This document shows, one piece after another, positions 62,228 to 64,000 of a DNA stretch of 64,000 nt. Made by a program: the position numbers and the translations under genes. Under the pieces are notes generated by a model. That model did not search any database, was not told the origin of the DNA, and saw only the letters and a program-made list of their open reading frames with translations. Origin of the DNA: Alphaproteobacteria bacterium (GTDB lineage: Bacteria; Pseudomonadota; Alphaproteobacteria; Micavibrionales; UBA2020); contig DAOMYX010000001.1 in the NCBI GenBank assembly GCA_035437825.1, positions 38,986 through 102,985 on the forward strand. The letters are read 5' to 3'. The stretch's first letter is position 1. Every line of letters starts with the position of its first letter.

Positions 62228-64000
62228 CTATCCTGAACGCAGGTATTTAATCGCCGTATCCCGCTCGAACAAATAAAGCAGGGTGCGCAGGGCTTTGCCG
62301 CGCGCGGACAGCAAATCCGGGTCGCGCTCCAGTATCAGGCGGGCATCGTCGTGCGCCGTTGCAATCAAATCGCCGTGATGTTCGGGTGATGTAAGGCGGA
62401 AAGCGGGCAGGCCGCTTTGGCGTGTGCCCAGCATTTCGCCCGCGCCGCGCAGTTTCAAATCCTGCTCCGAAATATAAAAACCGTCTTCGCTGTCGCGGAT
62501 GGTGGCAAGGCGCTGTTTGGCGACTTCGCTGCATTTATTGCCGTTATAAAGCAGCAGGCAGGTCGATTTTTCGCTGCCGCGCCCGATGCGCCCGCGCAGC
62601 TGGTGCAGCTGGGCAAGGCCGAAACGCTCCGCATGCTCAATAATCATTACGGTGGCTTCGGGTACATCGACGCCGACCTCGATAACGGTGGTCGATACCA
62701 GTACGTCCAAATCGCCGGCTGCGAATTTTTCCATCACGGCGTCTTTGTCGGCGGGTTTCATGCGGCCATGCAAAAGACCTGTGCGCTCCCCGTAATGCTG
62801 CTGGATATGCCGGAAACGCTCTTCTGCGGCGGCAAGGTCGAGTTTTTCCGACTCTTCCACCAGCGGGCAGACCCAGTACACGCGCTCGCCCGCCGCGATT
62901 TTGCGGCCGATGCTGCCGATAACTTCGTCAATACGTTCGTTCGATACCAGTCTTGTATCAATAGGCTGGCGTCCGGCGGGTTTTTCATTCAGGCGGCTGA
63001 CGTCCATATCGCCGTAAACCGTCAGCGTCAACGTACGCGGAATGGGGGTTGCGGTCATGACCAGCACATCCGTATGCGCGCCCTTTGACGACAGCTGCAG
63101 GCGTTGGTGTACGCCGAAGCGGTGCTGTTCGTCGATGATAACAAAGCCGAGGTCGTGGAAAATAACGTCGTCTTGAAAAAGCGCATGGGTGCCGATAACG
63201 ATATGCGCGCTGCCGTCCGCGATTTGCGCCAGAATGGCGGCGCGCGCCTTGCCCTTGTCGCGGCCGGTGAGGGTGACGACGTTGAGGCCGATTTTCTCGG
63301 CCAGCGGTTTGAGTTTATGTTCATGCTGGCGCGCCAGAATTTCTGTCGGTGCCATCAGCGCGGACTGGCAACCGCTGCCCGCGGCATGAACCATGCTCAG
63401 GAACCCTACGGCGGTTTTGCCGCTGCCCACGTCCCCTTGCAAAAGCCGGTGCATGCGGTCGCCGCTTTGCAAATCCTGACGGATATCGGCAACGGCGGCG
63501 GTCTGCGCGTTTGTGAGTTTGAAGGGCAGGCTTTCAAGCGCACGGGCAAACAGCGCATCGTCGCCCGCAATCGTACGGCCTTTTTGTTTTTTCTGGCGCA
63601 GGCGTAAAAGCGACAGGGTTAACTGGTTCGCCAGCATTTCGTCATAGGCAAGGCGCATGCGCGCGGGGTGCAGCGGCGACAATCCTGTTTCATCTTGCGG
63701 GGTATGCACATCGGTGATGGCGTCGTGCCACGATGGCCAGTTTTCACGTTTCTGGTGCGCGCTGTCCAGCCATTCTTCCAGCTCCGGCGCGCGCAAAAGG
63801 GCGCCGCGGATGAATTTATAAATCAGCTTGTGCGTGATGCCCGCGGTCATGGGGTAAATGGGTTCGATATCCGGTATCTGCCCACGGTCGATGGGCGCGA
63901 CGATGAAATCCGGATGCGGCATTTGCAGGTAGCCGTTATAAAATTCCAGCCTGCCGCTGATAATCCGCTGCGTGCCCACGGGCAGCTGGTTTTGCAAATA
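62228..64000 (-). CDS. recG: ATP-dependent DNA helicase RecG (N-terminus beyond the right edge)
   Basis: LLQGDVGSGKTAV, VIIDEQHRFG, TATPIPRT, QLRGRIGRG. The ORF is still open at the window end. Confidence 0.9.
   Translation of the reverse strand, partial: YLQNQLPVGTQRIISGRLEFYNGYLQMPHPDFIVAPIDRGQIPDIEPIYPMTAGITHKLIYKFIRGALLRAPELEEWLDSAHQKRENWPSWHDAITDVHTPQDETGLSPLHPARMRLAYDEMLANQLTLSLLRLRQKKQKGRTIAGDDALFARALESLPFKLTNAQTAAVADIRQDLQSGDRMHRLLQGDVGSGKTAVGFLSMVHAAGSGCQSALMAPTEILARQHEHKLKPLAEKIGLNVVTLTGRDKGKARAAILAQIADGSAHIVIGTHALFQDDVIFHDLGFVIIDEQHRFGVHQRLQLSSKGAHTDVLVMTATPIPRTLTLTVYGDMDVSRLNEKPAGRQPIDTRLVSNERIDEVIGSIGRKIAAGERVYWVCPLVEESEKLDLAAAEERFRHIQQHYGERTGLLHGRMKPADKDAVMEKFAAGDLDVLVSTTVIEVGVDVPEATVMIIEHAERFGLAQLHQLRGRIGRGSEKSTCLLLYNGNKCSEVAKQRLATIRDSEDGFYISEQDLKLRGAGEMLGTRQSGLPAFRLTSPEHHGDLIATAHDDARLILERDPDLLSARGKALRTLLYLFERDTAIKYLRSG

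Noticed and set aside
1-64000. tRNA, rRNA, tmRNA or other structured RNA genes, CRISPR arrays, IS elements and prophage genes.
   Set aside because: I scanned each intergenic region larger than 80 bp. I found no tRNA-like T-arm/acceptor pattern, no regularly spaced repeats and no transposase or phage-like ORFs. Absence should be confirmed with tRNAscan-SE, Infernal/Rfam and ISEScan.

Overview
This is a GC-rich (about 60% by eye) chromosomal segment with a gene order typical of Alphaproteobacteria. It carries accA/xerD, aroK-aroB, coaBC, deoC, rhlE, lptD, pnp, the rimP-nusA-infB-rbfA-truB-rpsO operon, trmB-metK, and the miaB-phoH-ybeY-corC-lnt cluster with its XRE regulator, and it ends in recG. 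I call 57 protein-coding genes, several hairpin terminators and a few repeat or operator-like motifs. Most long genes have a long antisense shadow ORF, which I reject. I saw no tRNA, rRNA, CRISPR array, transposase or phage gene. The best candidate for an undescribed system is a self-contained operon at about 14.45-18.72 kb. It has its own AT-rich promoter region and a strong terminator. It encodes a TelA-family protein followed by two uncharacterised soluble acidic proteins that seem to share an N-terminal domain. None of the usual TelA partners (KlaA/TelB, XpaC, TerD) is in the window. The operon sits in an 8-kb accessory block that also holds a 2-TM coiled-coil protein, a lipase-like hydrolase, a long pol-beta-type nucleotidyltransferase and a DEDD exonuclease. 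Other points worth a second look: (1) a 575-bp low-GC insertion flanked by 21-bp direct repeats that adds one membrane-protein gene behind an AI-2E transporter; (2) an unannotated 45-aa cysteine-rich micro-ORF with its own promoter, palindrome, SD and terminator; (3) tandem paralog pairs of lnt, phoH and a GNAT gene, where the second phoH has a novel N-terminus and RGG-like linker; (4) an AsnB homolog lacking both catalytic signatures; (5) an inverse-autotransporter adhesin with a beta-helix plus LamG passenger; (6) a 13-nt palindromic motif shared by the adhesin and XRE-regulator upstream regions; (7) a 4.6-kb insertion splitting the usual rpsO-pnp pair. All family assignments come from motif recognition by eye, not from database searches.
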